Below are positions 1 through 14,420 of a stretch of 64,000 bases of DNA, piece by piece. This stretch comes from Octopus sinensis (lineage: Eukaryota), in contig NC_043008.1 in assembly GCF_006345805.1 (NCBI RefSeq), positions 41,044,001 through 41,108,000 of the forward strand. Reading direction: 5' to 3'. A program made the translations under genes and the position numbers. The notes under the pieces were generated by a model that did not search any database, was not told the origin of the DNA, and was given only the letters and a program-made list of their open reading frames with translations. The stretch's first letter is position 1, and the number at the start of each line of letters is the position of its first letter.

Positions 1-61
1 TGTTTATTGTGCATGTATGTATAACGGCTATGTGTATGTAACAGGTTGACTCGCGTCCATC

Positions 62-290
62 AAGCTGGCAGAAACGTTAGCACGCCGGGCGAAATGATTA
101 GCAGTATTTCGTCTGCCGCTACGTCCTGAGTTCAAATTCCGCCGAGGTCGACTTTGCCTTTCATCCGTTCGGGGTCGATAAATTAAGTACCAGTTACTCA
201 CTGGGGTCGATATAATCGATTTAATCCGTTTGTCTGTCCTTGTTTGTCCTCTCTGTGTTTAGCCCCTTGTGGGTAGTAAAGAAACAGGTA
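62..290 (+). mobile_element. tRNA-derived SINE, family B (head GAGCTGGCAGAAACGTTAGC, B-box GAGTTCAAATTCC)
   Basis: Pol III B-box-like motif and body (gaggtcgactttgcctttcatcc...ggggtcgataaattaagtacc) repeated at 976, 41358 and 63410. Confidence 0.85.
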
Positions 291-975
291 TCAGGGGTAA
301 AGACATTTGTGACAGATTCATGCGGATTTCTCAAATTTAGGTAATTTCGGCTTATGTTGTTCATCTCAGGTTAAGTGTTGGTCTCTACGTGCTTGTGCTG
401 TAATTATTTTTCTCTTTGTTTTAGTCATTGACATTACCTTACATATTTACCCTCTGTCCTCACCTTCATCATTCAAACCTTTTGGAAACATCAGTAGTTG
501 TTTCTATATAACACTACTTCAGATATTGTCCGGATCTTAAATAAATTTTAATATTCTCAACCAAATCATAGAAATTTTTATATTAATAATACTCCTAATT
601 TTATGAAACTCACTACATTTCGTATGTACGTTTACAAAATTTCTCATAATATTTCCTTATGAATAAAAAATCAATTATTGCTATCATTATTTGTGTTTCT
701 TGCGAGATATTCGAATCTACCAATGTTAGATTATTATTGAAACTTTGCATTATTTAATAAAATGTATATTAAAATTCATTTAAACTTCAAATAAATTATA
801 ATATAGATTTTGCAGCTCTTTGAATTATTCACTTTAATGCATCTCCCCACGAGATACTGTTTCGACAGATATGCGGATTCTTTGCCATAAAAAGGTTACT
901 GCCCAGGTTTCTATCTCTAATTAATATTTCATATATATCCTTGATATTGTTTAATATATAATAGTTTTTGAGGAT

Positions 976-1180
976 GCGAGCTGGCAGAATTGTTGCTGCG
1001 TCGGTAAAAATAAATTTCTTCCGCCTATACGTTCTGAATTCAAATGCCGCCGAGTTGGACTTTATCTTTCATCCTTTAGGCGTCGATAAAGTATCAATTG
1101 AGAACCAGGGTCGATGTAATCGACTGGCCCCGCCTCCCCTGAAATTGGTGGCCTTGTACCAAAATTTGAAATTATATTAT
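976..1180 (+). mobile_element. SINE family B copy
   Basis: Colinear similarity to 62-290; explains ORF 968..1279. Confidence 0.8.
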
Positions 1181-2215
1181 ATAAGCAAATGTATTATCAA
1201 GACACGTGATATTTGGTACAAGTGTATGTTCGCCCAGAGAACTCAGTACATGTTTTTCAGAAGGTTGAATGGCAAGTGAGGAAAGAGAGGAAACATATTC
1301 ACGGGAAATATTATCAAGAGAAATTATATAAAGACAGAGAAACGATGAGTAAAGGAGTTGTTATTGTGTGAGATACAGAATTAGGAACGAAAACTGGAAT
1401 CCAACAGAAGTTTGTTAGCCAGGGAAAGAGAAATACATTGTGTGAGATGGGGTAGAGAAGTAAAATATAAGCGAGGATATGACGAAAGAGAGAATGGAAA
1501 GAAAAGGCTATGATGTGTATTATAAGAAGAGTTAGTGATAAAGAAGGAAAGGACAAAAGAAAAAGAGAAAAGAATGTAAAGAAGGAAAAGAAGATGAGAG
1601 CTCAAGTCAATCAGTGTAAAAAGTCAAACTGTCTTCAATGAAGGGTTCTAAATATACATAATAAGACAGGTGAGGTACATTGGAAAAATATGGGAAATAT
1701 ATAATGCTGAACAGAGAAACGGCTGACAAAAGAAAGGTCATTGTATAATGTAAAGCACAGGAACTTTCTTTCGACTGCAGCCAGTAAGAGTGTCCCGTAT
1801 TCAAATAAAAAAAAGAAGCCTGCTGCAACGGATATAAGTGAAAATATAAGGACGTGTTGCTGAGTAGGATGTACATGGAAAAAATCTCAAAATGGTTACA
1901 CTGAGACAAATAAAATTATATGCATATGTGAAAGTGCTGATAAAAAACAAAACTGAAAATGATACTGAAATCAATATAGACCGTAATTTTGATCAGGTTA
2001 TGTAGATAAATATAAAAGCTATCAGGGAAAGATTTGAGCAAAGAGGGTAAATGTAAAGTTTAAAACAAAAATTGGACTTGTTTAACTCGAGTTGAGCAGA
2101 TGGATCTATGGGAAAATGAAAATGTTTTGAATAATATACAGTAGAAGGAGATAAATAAATTACACATCTTTATTCTTGTATATACATACACGCATTAATA
2201 TGTGTACATATAGTG

Positions 2216-2532
2216 AGTGCGCGTGGCTTAGTGGTTAGGGCATTCGGCTCATGATCGTAAGGTTGTGAGTTCGATTCCCGGCGACGCGTTGTGTCCTTGA
2301 GCAAGACACTTTATTTCACGTTGCTCCAGTCCACTCAGCTGGCAAAAATGAGTTGTACTTGTATTTCAAAGGGTCAGTCTTGTCACTCTCTGTGTCACGC
2401 TGATTATCCCCGAGAACTACGTAAGGGTACACGTGTCTGTGGAATGCTCAGCCATTTGCACGTTAATTTCACGAGCAAGCTGTTCCGTTGATCGTATCAG
2501 CTGGGACCCTCGTCGTCGTAACCGGCGGAGTC
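2216..2532 (+). mobile_element. tRNA-derived SINE, family C (head GCGCGTGGCTTAGTGGTTAGGG...GAGTTCGATTCCC)
   Basis: A- and B-box-like motifs, then tgtgtccttgagcaagacactt and gttgctccagtccactcagctggcaaaaatg; the head is shared with 50630-50860. Confidence 0.85.
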
Positions 2533-2561
2533 TTTTTTTTTATGTGTACATATGTATCTTT

Positions 2562-2917
2562 CAGTCTTTTATTTGTTTCAGTCATTTGACTGCGGCCAGG
2601 ACTTATTCTTTGTAAGCCTAGTACTTCTTCTATCAGTCGCTTTTAGCCGAACCGCTAAGTTACGGGGACGTAGACACACCAGCATCGGTTGTCAAGCGAT
2701 GTTTGTGGGGGACAAACACAGACACACAAACACACACGCACACACATATATACGACAGGCTCCTTTCAGTTTCCGTCTACCAAATCCACTCACAAGATTT
2801 TGGTCGGCCCGAGGCTATAGTAGATGACACTTGCCCAAGGTGCCACGCAGTGGGACTGAACCCTGAACTATGTGGTTGGTAAGCAAGCTACTTACCACAC
2901 AGCCACTCCTGCGCCTA
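2562..2917 (-). mobile_element. tRNA-derived SINE, family A (head AGGCGCAGGAGTGGCTGTG), near full length with internal deletion
   Basis: Reverse complement matches the copies at 8222 and 38975; central (CA/TA) microsatellite. Confidence 0.9.
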
Positions 2918-3904
2918 TATGTACATATATGTGCATATACATATACAAATACATACATACACACATACATACATGCGTACATACGTGCATAGATACACAC
3001 ACATACATATATACTTACATACATATATTATACTGAGTAACCAAACAAAGAGATTCTCTCTTCCGTACTCCTTCATCATATAAATCACAAAATATTTTCT
3101 GGCTGTTCTCAATATTTAGTCAGTTAAAGTAAACGAATAAACAGAAAATATGTCATACGAACTGTATGTGATCTAATCACACATTTTGAATCATACTACC
3201 TAACGTTAATCTCTATAGAGAATATGACTCATTGTATGATGCAAAAAAAGATAGATACCCTTAGTAGTTATTAAATACGCAGAATATTATCAATTGTTGT
3301 AGTAAATATTTAATAATACTTCAGGGCGGACGAATTTATTGAAATGGAAAGGGGCTAAAAGCAGGGGTCCCACCTCAACGTACTAAACGTGAAGCTAAAT
3401 CCAGCTGGGAAGTTTCTTTCCAACTTCACCGAATATCATATTATTGGAGGTTTTTCATTACAGGAGATTTTGTTCTGGTCATTTCGAAAATAGTTTTGAA
3501 TGAGAAAAAGAACGCAATTTTCTCAGAATAATGAATTCAAATATAAAAGTGATTTTCGACATACAATCAGCAGTGTAACATTGACTACAGACAAACACAC
3601 AACATACGCTTGTAAATACATACACATGCACTCCCACGTATAGTTGTGTATGCGTATGTTTGCGTGTATGTGAGAGTGAGAGAGACCCCGAGAGTGTGTG
3701 TGATGATTTTGTTTTTGTATGTGTGCGTGTGTGAGTGTGTGAGAGAGACGGCGGGAAGAGTGTTTTAGTGTGTGTTTGTGTGAGAGACAGCGAGAGAGAG
3801 AAGTGTGTGTTTGTGTGTTTATGTGTTTGTGTATGTGAGAGATAGCGAGAGTGTATGTTTATGTGTGATTCTGTGTGTGCGCGTGTGTGAAAGGCAGCGA
3901 GGAG

Positions 3905-4225
3905 AAAGTGTGTTTGTGTGTGTATATGTGTTTTTGTATGTGTGTCTATGCATAATTGTGTGTATGTACGTGTATGTATAAGGACAAGTAAATATGTATG
4001 TATATGTGTTTTTGTATGTGTGTCTATGCAAAATTGTATGTGTGTACGTGTATGTATAAGGACAAGTAAATATGTATGTATATGTGTTTTTGTATGTGTG
4101 TCTATGCATAATTGTATGTGTGTACGTGTATGTATAAGGACAAGTAAATGTGTGTGTGTATGTGTGTTTGTATGTGTGTCTATGCATAATTGTATGTGTG
4201 TACGTGTATGGATAAGGACAAGTAC
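3905..4225. repeat. 78-bp minisatellite, about 4 copies, in a (TG)-rich tract
   Basis: aggacaagta recurs at 3981, 4059, 4137 and 4215; ORF 3819..4187 shows a 26-aa period. Confidence 0.9.
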
Positions 4226-6683
4226 ATATGTATATATTGTGTATCCTTCAAGAATTATTTCTTTCTATACCTGAAAGATTTGCGAATCAGTGAACCGTGA
4301 TTTTGATACCCTCTTTAAAAAGAATATTCAATGGACGTCAATTTATTCATTAGTTCTATATTTATTTGTTCGATAATAGGATAATATCCAACAATTATAG
4401 CATTGATTTGTACATATAAGTAGATTGTTTTCTATCTGTTGCAGTACAGAAACTGCGAATAAAATTATAAATCTATAATGATTTTTTTTATATCTTTTTA
4501 CATATATGGCTTTATCTCTTGTTTCTTTGTTTGATGCCTGTTTATGATGGACTAAATTACGCTTGATTAACGTAACTTTAAAGTTCTAAGATCTTTATTT
4601 ATAAGGCCAACTGCATTAAAAACGTTTGACTACTTTCACTGATCTGTGTACATCAAGAACAAAATCTTCAGAAATTAGAAAGCATTATAAATGTTTATCT
4701 CTACGTTTGTATTTCTCTCTCTCTATCTATCTATCTATCTTTCTCTTTCTCTCTATCTATCTATCTTTCTCGGTCTCTCTCTGTCTATCTATATATCTTT
4801 CTCTCCTTTCCTTTCTCCCCTTCTCTTTCTGTATATATGAGATTGTATGGATTTACTCCTGTCATTGTATATGTAGCTCTGAACGCGTCATCATATGTAG
4901 CTTACTTGTACGTGTATATGCTAGAACATATGTTTGTGTACACGGATATGTTGGCTCAGCTGGATGAAGTTTAAGTGTTTCTATGTGTATTTGTCCGTAT
5001 TAAATATGACGGCGAAAATATTTTGCAATCGACCATTAAAGAAGGCTTTCTATTTCCACAATGATTCATGAATAAAACTCTCGTGATTTCCATCCTTAAT
5101 CGGTCTATTCTAGGTACTGGAATATCGATCAATAACCTACTGGGTCGCAGCTTAATGGCAATCATACAAGTTTACGCTTTTGTTTTGAAGACGAACTTTT
5201 ATATATTTGATTCAGTGAATTTTCTATCAAAGATATTTCATATAAGAAACGAAATTTTATATTATCTCTCTAAACTAGCACAACTAACATATTTATTAAT
5301 ACTTGAATGAAACACCGCATCAGGTTAATCCTGAAAACCATTGAAGATAGAAGAAAACAATGATCCTTTTAATATACGATATCTGCGGGAAACGCCTCTT
5401 TAAGCAATGATTTACATAACTTCACCTCTCTATTCTATTCCCATAGTAATAACTAAAGTAGGGAAAAATAGCCTCCTATGTAAAACATTTGTCATTAACA
5501 TAAATTTAAAATCTATACGTTTTGAAAACCAAAAATATAAATTCTATATATTTTTTAAAAGGGCATATTTTAAAGCTACTTATATTTATATTTATAGGGA
5601 GAGTTTACGAAAAAAACAAAAGACGAAGACAGGTAGTGTACAAAACAAACAGATGTATTAGTATAACGCTCAAGAATAGAAAAAAAGTCTTTTACATTTC
5701 GAGCCTACGCTCTTCTACAGAAGGGACACAGAAAAACAAGCAGAGAAAAAAGGAGAGAAAAATATTTATATTTATGTTGATAAGTTACTACTAAATAGGA
5801 CTACCGGCTCACTGACATACAAATTCATATCAGCTGTTCTTTGTATCCTCGGAAAATTTATATAATTTCCCAAATATTCAGTTTATTGAGACTATGGGCT
5901 ATCTCATATTAAAATGACCGGCGTACATAAATGTCAAAAGGGGGTCGATCTATTCACAAGGATTTGTATGTTACGCGCTTAAGGTCACTAAACCTGAGTT
6001 GTGTTGTATTAGCTTAAACATTTATATTCTCAGTTATTCATGCATTGATCACACGAATGGTATCTAACTTGGCTTGGCAATAATTTATTTATATGAAAAC
6101 GTTGATGTTGTGTCAATATATCATAGCATGATAGAAGACGGCAGAGGGTCTGTAATGATACCAGTGACATCTAAATGAATTAAGAAGAGTATTGATTTCA
6201 TTATCCTTGTATTATTATATTCAAGTAAGCTATAAGTGATTCCGATTACTACTGGTACTTGCGATCCAGTCAGTGAAACCATATGTTATCATGCGTCCCC
6301 GCAAAATTACAAGATAGATCTTCTTCATCAAAATGTAATATTATAATGGATAGTGAACTACTGGTTATAGAATGTCTGTAAAGAAATAGAATGACCGTGG
6401 ATAAATTGTATTGGATCATAATTCAGAACCTGGTATTAAACAATAGATAACATCAGTTCTTTAAGAATTGCTACGTGTTACAAAGGCTAGTAAAGGAATA
6501 CTTATATGCATTGCAGAAAAAAAAGAGACGATGACGATTGTACCAAATGTGACTTAGCAGTAAATATCTGCGCCTATAATACCTAGTGAAGCAGTTTTCT
6601 CGACCGCAATAGAAACAGATCAAATTTGGTTATTTTATGATTTGTAATCTGGAACATAAAGGGATGTAGAAAAATTCTGCGTA

Positions 6684-7148
6684 CCGTAAATCTTCGAGTA
6701 TAATCCGCATTTTCCCCCAAAATTTAAAGGTCAAAATCCCTAGTGCGTATTATATACTAGGTTAAAGAGGTAACATATTTTCTAAGCAATGTCCGAGTCT
6801 CTATTTGCTGTCCGGCAATGTTTATTCAGACGCATTTTGTGATGTCGGGCGCGAAAACACCTTAAGCTAAACTTGAAAGCAATGAAGTCATAAAAGAATC
6901 ATCCATAACTTGCAGTAAGCAACATTTATTAAAATAAAGGTATTCAGAACACAGAATAACATGTAACAAAAACAATTTGCAAACATATTTACATTCCCAT
7001 ATAACAATTAAGAACATCACCATTATCGTATTACGCATGCGCGGAAGCGTTTGTTCGACTAGGTGCTGCCGGCTTAATTACGCACGACTCAAGTTAGAGA
7101 AGGGGTACGTATTATACCCAAAGATGGACTACATTCGAGGATTTACGG
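6684..7148. mobile_element. Non-autonomous Tc1/mariner-superfamily MITE (Tc2/pogo-like TIR)
   Basis: TIRs CCGTAAATCTTCGAGTATAATCC and the reverse complement of GGACTACATTCGAGGATTTACGG (4 mismatches in 23 nt); TA on both flanks (6682-6683, 7149-7150). Confidence 0.85.
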
Positions 7149-7223
7149 TATTTTATGCATTCTGATATTCCAACATTTTAATTTAGATAACATTGATATA
7201 TTATCATCTTTTATTCTGATTAA

Positions 7224-7370
7224 GGAAGCGAGCTAGCAGAGTCATTAGCACACAAGGCAAAATACTGAGCGGTATTTACCTTTCACCCTTACGCACTGGA
7301 GTTAATGTAATCAATTTAATCGCCTCTCCCAAAACTGCCCTTGTGGCAAAAATTTGAAATCATTATTTAT
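7224..7370 (+). mobile_element. Degenerate, internally deleted SINE family B
   Basis: gcgagctagcagagtcattagcac head and cccttgtggcaaaaatttgaaat tail. Confidence 0.6.
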
Positions 7371-8123
7371 TAATTTGAATTATTACCTCTCACATAACGT
7401 ACAGAAGAGGGATCCATATTCTAAGCAGCACATATAATAGTAACTCATCTCGGTATAAATGTGCGCTTGTAAAATAACTAAAGAACCACTTTAAAAACAT
7501 TTTACACGTCGTGAGTTTGCTCAATAAGTATGGACGGAATCCTAAATAACTTCAAAAGAAAATTTCATTGGTATTTTTAATCAAAAGACTTTCTCACTTT
7601 CCCGATCGTCAAACTAAAACACCTGCTTGTTTTTCATATACCTGTCTCCGTCTTTTGTTTTCTGTAAATATTATCATAAAGAGATACTGATACCTTGAGG
7701 AGAGTAGCTTACATTTTCACTGTGTAGACAGCATAAATCTGTTGCAGAGGATGTATTATATGAAATTAATGAAACATTTTAAATACTGGCTAATTGTTGG
7801 CTAATTCCTTACAGATTATAACAATATTCTAAACTGGAAATTAGAAATAAGGACAACACTCACACCTAGCCCTATCAATCATTACTCGTGGATGCACTTC
7901 TCCTCTCAAGATTAAACATGATTGTTTGTGTAAGCAATCAATACATTTCGTTATGAAAGGTAGAAATCTCACTATAACAATATCGAATAGTGTCTCTACT
8001 TACGGTTACATTCTGTGTAACATGTCTTCTTTTTAATCGATTGTTTTACTTGTTTCAGTACATAGACTACCACACCGAATGTGTACACACACACACACAT
8101 ACATATACACACACACACACACA

Positions 8124-8166
<43 letters not shown>

Positions 8167-8221
8167 GTGTGTGTCTGTGTATGTGTGTATGTGTGTGCGT
8201 GTGTGTATGTACATATATGTA

Positions 8222-8630
8222 TGCAGGAGTGGCTGTGGTAAGTAGCTTGCTAACCAACCACATGGTTCCGGGTTCAGTCCCACTGCGTGGCATCTTGGGC
8301 AAGTGTCTTCTGCTATAGCCCCGGGCCGACCAATGCCTTGTGAGTGGATTTGGTAGACGGAAACTGAAAGAAGCCTGTCGTATATATGTATATATGTATG
8401 TATTTGTGTGTATGTTTGTGTGTCGGTGTTTGTCCCCCTAGCATTGCTTGACAACCGATGCTGGTGTATTTACGTCCCCGTCACTTAGCGGTTCGGCAAA
8501 AGAGACCGATAAAATAAGTACTGGGCTTACAAAGAATAAGTTCCGGGGTCGATTTGCTCGACTAAAGGCGGTGCTCCAGCATGGCCGCAGTCAAATGGCT
8601 GAAACAAGTAAAAGAGTAAAGAGTAAAGAG
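8222..8630 (+). mobile_element. SINE family A, full length
   Basis: tRNA-like head, central microsatellite, tail ggcggtgctccagcatggccgcagtcaaatggctgaaacaag plus (AAAGAGT)n. Confidence 0.92.
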
Positions 8631-8689
8631 TATGTATATATATATATATATATATATTTATTTATTTATATATAATATTTTCTTCTTTT

Positions 8690-8888
8690 TCTTTTATTTG
8701 TTTCAGTCATTTTACTGCGGCCATGCTGGAACACCGCTTTCAGTCGAACAAATCGACGCCAGGACTTATTCTCTGTAAGCGTCGTACGTATTCTATCGGT
8801 CTTGTTGCCGAACTGGTAGGTTACCAGGACGTAAACAGACCAACATTGATTGTGAAGCGATGGTGGTGGAGGGGACAAAAACAGACAC

Positions 8889-8890
<2 letters not shown>
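8690..8890 (-). mobile_element. SINE family A, 3' half, tail-to-tail with 8222-8630
   Basis: Reverse complement of the family A 3' module. Confidence 0.8.
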
Positions 8891-8956
<66 letters not shown>

Positions 8957-8958
<2 letters not shown>

Positions 8959-9890
8959 GGACATCGTCGACATACGACCAATCGACTTTACGAAGATTGA
9001 CGCGCAACAATAAATAGACAGCAACAATAAATAGTCCAGTTGAAATCTAATAGGTTTATTTTTTAGAAAGTTACCCGTCTACGGATGATGTCAGCTAACA
9101 AACGTTAACTCTAGGTTTGTTTATTGATCGATATTGTGGTTATCCTAAGCGTTGGATGAATATTTTGTAACGAAGACATAGAGGTAACCCCGTATTTGTT
9201 TATAATACGACTGCTTGAGACTTAGAAATTTTTGACCAACGCCTGGATCGACAGAGCGTGACTCTTCCGATGACTCTACGTGCCTTATCTTTGATATTCC
9301 TTTCAAAAAATTATCCCCTACAATGTCTACAAAGAAGAAGTTTTCTTCATTTGATCCTTAAACTGCCAAGAAGTTTATCGAGCTCGACATAAACAATGAT
9401 GTTGATTAGACAGCACGGAGGAGGGATGAAAGTGAATGAGATCGCACGTGAACTGAAGGTGTTACGCTCTACTGTTTCGACAATTTTGAACGGTAAACAA
9501 AAGATTCTTGAATCTGTGAAAGTTTCATCTTTCATGAGATCTACTGTTATAACAAAACAGCGGAATGGGCCCTTCCCCAAAATGGAAAAATTCCTACAAA
9601 TTTGGATTGAGTATCAGATCCAAAACCAAGGACCGTTAAGTCTTTTTACTGTGCAGTCGAAGGACAGAAGTTTGGTTCAGACTATAAAGGAGTGTTCCGG
9701 AGAAGAATATGTCAAAATTTGTAGCAAGTGCTGACCGGTTTAAAGAAAGATTCTAATTTCGTAATGTTCTAGTGACTGGAAAAGCGGTGTGTGCAGACGA
9801 GGAAGCGGCTGGTTTATTTGTTAACTATTCGAACGAAATAATTTCCGGATGAAGGTTATCTAGCAGAGCAGATTTTTAACATGGATTGGA
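8957..9890 (+). mobile_element. Degenerate Tigger/pogo DNA transposon (CENP-B-type HTH transposase, TIGD1-like)
   Basis: ORF 9396..9734 (KVNEIARELKVLRSTVSTIL...MEKFLQIWIE) continues out of frame as FKERF.FRNVLVTGKAVCADEEAA...EGYLAEQIFNMD, matching the Tigger1 pattern GEAASAD...GY..EQIFNxDET. Candidate left TIR CAGGACATCGTCGACATACGACC at 8957. The right end is uncertain (possibly near 10780). Confidence 0.85.
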
Positions 9891-12554
9891 AGCTGTCCAT
9901 TGATTTTGTTTTCTTTCACATCCATTTTTGTCACTTTCTTCTTTCCTTGAAATAATACTTCATGGAACCCATAACAGTACCACTTCACGAATAAGCAGTC
10001 GGGGACTGTAGGGAACCAGGCCCGTCCGTGGAGCAGGAATCTCCTCAAAGGTTCGCCACCACTACTACCAATCCGAGGAGATTTTGCAGCACTGGGGGTC
10101 CATATATATTAATCCTCTACACGCTGGAATAGTGACAGAATGTCACGATAAACAGGAATGGGCACAAGGCTAATCACCCCCGTGCAAATCAAATTGATTA
10201 CGGAAACCGCAACACATCAAAACATACTTTCCATATAAAGAGAGAGCAGAGAGATATAGAATATTGGTATTTAAATTATATTGACTTATAACCGGTGTTT
10301 ACAATTCCTTGTGATTTCTTGTATATGGAATGGGAAAACAATATAGATAACTTCTGTATTACAATTTTCTTTCAATTTTTTTCCATTGTCAGAAAAAGCA
10401 CAAAGTATATATAGAAAATGCGCCAATACTCACACATGGACCGTGTAAATAGGTGAGCACACCCATGAATTAGGTGCTCTGAACAGAAATCACAAGCAAG
10501 GTTACTATGACACATTGTGCGACTAGGCTGTACATTTTAATTAGAGCTTGACTCCGTTTGTTGACGCTGTATAATTTCCACTTAAGACATTCGATTTACA
10601 ATCAGTGTCTTTTCGAAGATCAAATAACATTCTTGTAGTATAATATAGGATGTTGTGTGTGAATTTTACCTCGCAATGTAGCTTAAGAATGTAAAAAATA
10701 AAAGAAACCTATGTAGGCCTATAGGCCAACTTACGACTAGTAGAGTCTCTAGAAATTTTCTCGTAACTAAGAATCCGCGCAATATTATCGAACGCATGAG
10801 ATCGTGGTTACAAGGTACATTTCTTAAATATTTGACCGCACTATGCATACTGTGCGTATGTATGCATGTAAATTCGTACATATAGACACACACACACACA
10901 GGCATGCATGTAAGCACACTCACTCATATACACAAATTTACATACATAATATCACACATATAACTGTGTGACGGCGACGGTATGGATGAAACGTAGAAAT
11001 GTATTTATCATTTTATGCATAAAAACAGTCACAAAGACTCCCACATTCTAACAGTAAATTTCACTTATTGACACAGACACTGCATGATGTTCATAACATT
11101 GATATATCTATATTTCACTGCATGCGTATCGTTTATGTATATAGCTGTACATGTGCACCAAATAATAAATATGTGAATGTGAATGTCTCTATATATTTGG
11201 CCATATGTTCTATAATATTTAAAAGTGTAAGAATAAATGTCGATGTACACACCTATCCATATCCACTTTAGTAATGGCTTCTTTACTTTCAACTTTGCTT
11301 TATCTGTTTACCATTTATATAAAGCTGCTAAACAATGAAACGGTAATGTCATATTTACGAGAAGCCAAGTGCTGTCTGCTAGTAAGTAAATCCAACTCAG
11401 CCAACTTTAGCGTATGACATTGATTCGCATCTTCGTACACTGCCTGACATGCCGTTACCAAATAATATAATAAATCGGCTTTAGACGTTGTAGACAGAGC
11501 GCAGTTGTCATATGTTGTATTTTTGCTTTCTATCTGTTTTTTATTGCTTCAATAATAAAGTTTGGCTATTGGCCAAAGAACAGTATTGAAATAGATATTA
11601 AATGTTTCGACTTCTTCGAGGCGAAATGGGTATGTATGATTTCTGTTATATTATTTTAAGTGCGTACATTGCAAAACCACATAGAGAGAAATGGAATATT
11701 GCAATAGTTTCATGAAGTTCTTCTACATGTAATATATACTACTCTGTCTCTATGCTTCTATATTTCTATATTGTATTCATTACATTTGGCTTAATGCAGT
11801 CGCAGTATCTTCTAGCAAATTGATTAGTGCAGACGGAGAAGAGATAAGCAAAATATCAATTATTGTCTGTCGTTAGTATATTCAGGAACGAAGTATATAC
11901 ACCTCAGATTCTAAGGAAACTATGACAGAAACAGGAACGGAAATTGCTGATGTCTCATATAGGTACAAGGGAATAAATGCGTAGGCATTACAAATGCCAA
12001 TCAGTACAGAATCACTTCTAATGTCAACAATCCCTGCTGATATTAGCAACGGGAAGGTTAGATTTAATGCCTGGGCATTAAAAGACGTAAGGAAACACTA
12101 TTAAGTCATTATAGCAATTTACATTGAATCTATTATGCGGAGTTTAAGTTTAGTAGGGGTTTAATGTGAAATAACTTATATTATTTAACCCGGTTTACAG
12201 TGCATTTTCTCTCCGAATTTTCAATTACAGTAAGTTTGAATTTTACTACTGAACGTGAAGTCCAAAAACATTGGTTTACGTTTTAACCTGACGGTGGAAA
12301 TATTTGCCTCTTATTCGTTTCCAAGTGTCACTGCCACCGGCGCAGACTCGGGTTATATATAAACAGCAGCGACAACACAAGGTATATACTATCCCAAATA
12401 AATGAGTCTAAGCAAAATATAGTCATCTCAAACATTTAAAATGGTGTAATGTATATTGTTATTTTCACATGAGATCTTCGGAATAATTTCTGTCTAATAG
12501 TTTACACATACACACGAACACAGTGAATCAAATTCACCTACGTAAACAACTCAC

Positions 12555-12930
<376 letters not shown>

Positions 12931-13446
12931 ACCGAAAATATTAGAAATATCTCAGCCCGAGATTTCGTTTGTGGAGACTTTTTTTAATAGTAGGAGAAAT
13001 AACGATTAATTTGGCTGCTATTTCTAATATTTTCGGTATGTGGTTTTGAGCAACTTGCTGCAATTAACCCTTTATTATAATTAATATAATCCTTACCAAA
13101 TATGGTCTTTCCCATACCGATAAATCTACTAGGTGAAATTTATTAATTTTGTTAACTTAATTACATTTCACCCGTTTTTTGTATGTATATATATATATAT
13201 GTATATATTTATATGTATATATATATATGTATGTATAAATATATGTGTATATATATATGTATATATATGTATATATACATATATATAAAGACTTGTTTTA
13301 TTTATATTTCCTGAGCGCCATACTAATACAATTGTTTGTTTGTATTCCACCTGCCTTCGTCTTTTGTTTATTTCCGTAAACCTGCCTTCGTCTTTTGTCT
13401 ATTTTCATAAAGCTTCCCGTTATATATATAAGTATATATGTATGTA

Positions 13447-13746
13447 TGATTCTTAGAACTTTTAGTCAGGAGATCAGGAAGCCATGATAGTCCTCTGGAA
13501 GACACCTGTCCTTAGACACTCTCACTATTGCTCTCAGCTATGGTCAACAATCAGTGTCAAATTTATCTCAGAACTTGATGCAAACCAAGGAGGCTATACG
13601 AAGCAGATAGCCTCTACGTAGCATAGAAACTACTGGGAGAGACTGAAGTGATGACGGCTCTATTCGTTAGAGCGTAGGCGAGAAAGATATGCCATAATAT
13701 ACATCTGGAAGATGCTGGAGGTAATTGTGCCAAACTTTGGCATCAT
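13447..13746 (+). mobile_element. L2/CR1-clade LINE fragment (post-RT region)
   Basis: Diverged paralog of 14670-14960 (ILRTF...LWKT.V...YCSQLWS; LERRRERYAIIYIWK). Confidence 0.8.
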
Positions 13747-13749
13747 AAC

Positions 13750-14420
13750 AGTAATAACAATATAAATTTTAGTTCGAATAACAACGATAAATCGAAGAAT
13801 CTAATTTTGCATCGTAAGGGAGATAACCGTTCTATATTTCCCTTTATACGTAATATAGATCAGTCTAGGACTTTTCAAGATAATTATCCAAATAACAAGG
13901 AGTGTTTTAGTAAAACAATTTGGTTAATCATTACATTTATAAGCAGATGAAATGCAACCACTCTTATCAGTTTCGTGAAACTGTTGATAAGAATTTTCCA
14001 AAAAATTCCAGATACCATTCCTTTATCAGTTCACACCGAATTAGAATAGGTTTTTCAAACAGCAAACAACTTTCACAAAACATTTCTTCGCATAACCATA
14101 AGCTGTTAAGTACACTTAACGAAAATAATAACAGTGATATAATTAACGCTAAATATTGTAACAACATTATTAATATTTCCGATATACATTCGAATCGCAT
14201 TTGTTTCCTTAAAGTAACTCTAAGACTAGAAACTTTGTTTATCAATGTAAAATTAATTCCGCTTCTGATATCTTTTTTCTTCTTTGGTAGCTCATCGTCT
14301 CGGTTCTCGAAAAGAATATCTAATTATTATTCTACATTTAGACATACCAACAAACGCAACAATACTGGACTTAGTAATTTAATTTGGTCTCTAAGTTTTG
14401 GAATAGAAAATTCTATCTAG
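13750..14420 (+). mobile_element. Degenerate Penelope-like element fragment (linker plus partial GIY-YIG)
   Basis: ORF 13920..14420 has FRETVDKNFPKNSRYH...ISSHNHKLL and STFRHTNKRNNTGLSNLIWSL, paralleling the PLE linker/EN at 56290-56830. Confidence 0.7.

Noticed and set aside
1270-1610. Purine-rich tract (also 38690-38890) with F/L/S-rich antisense ORFs
   Set aside because: Low-complexity GA-rich sequence; no periodicity or homology recognised.
2216-2290. tRNA-like sequences at SINE heads (also 8222, 38975 and 50790)
   Set aside because: They run directly into SINE bodies and do not form complete cloverleaves; not tRNA genes.
3981-4225. CRISPR-like periodic repeat
   Set aside because: Units are identical with no unique spacers, and the context is eukaryotic.
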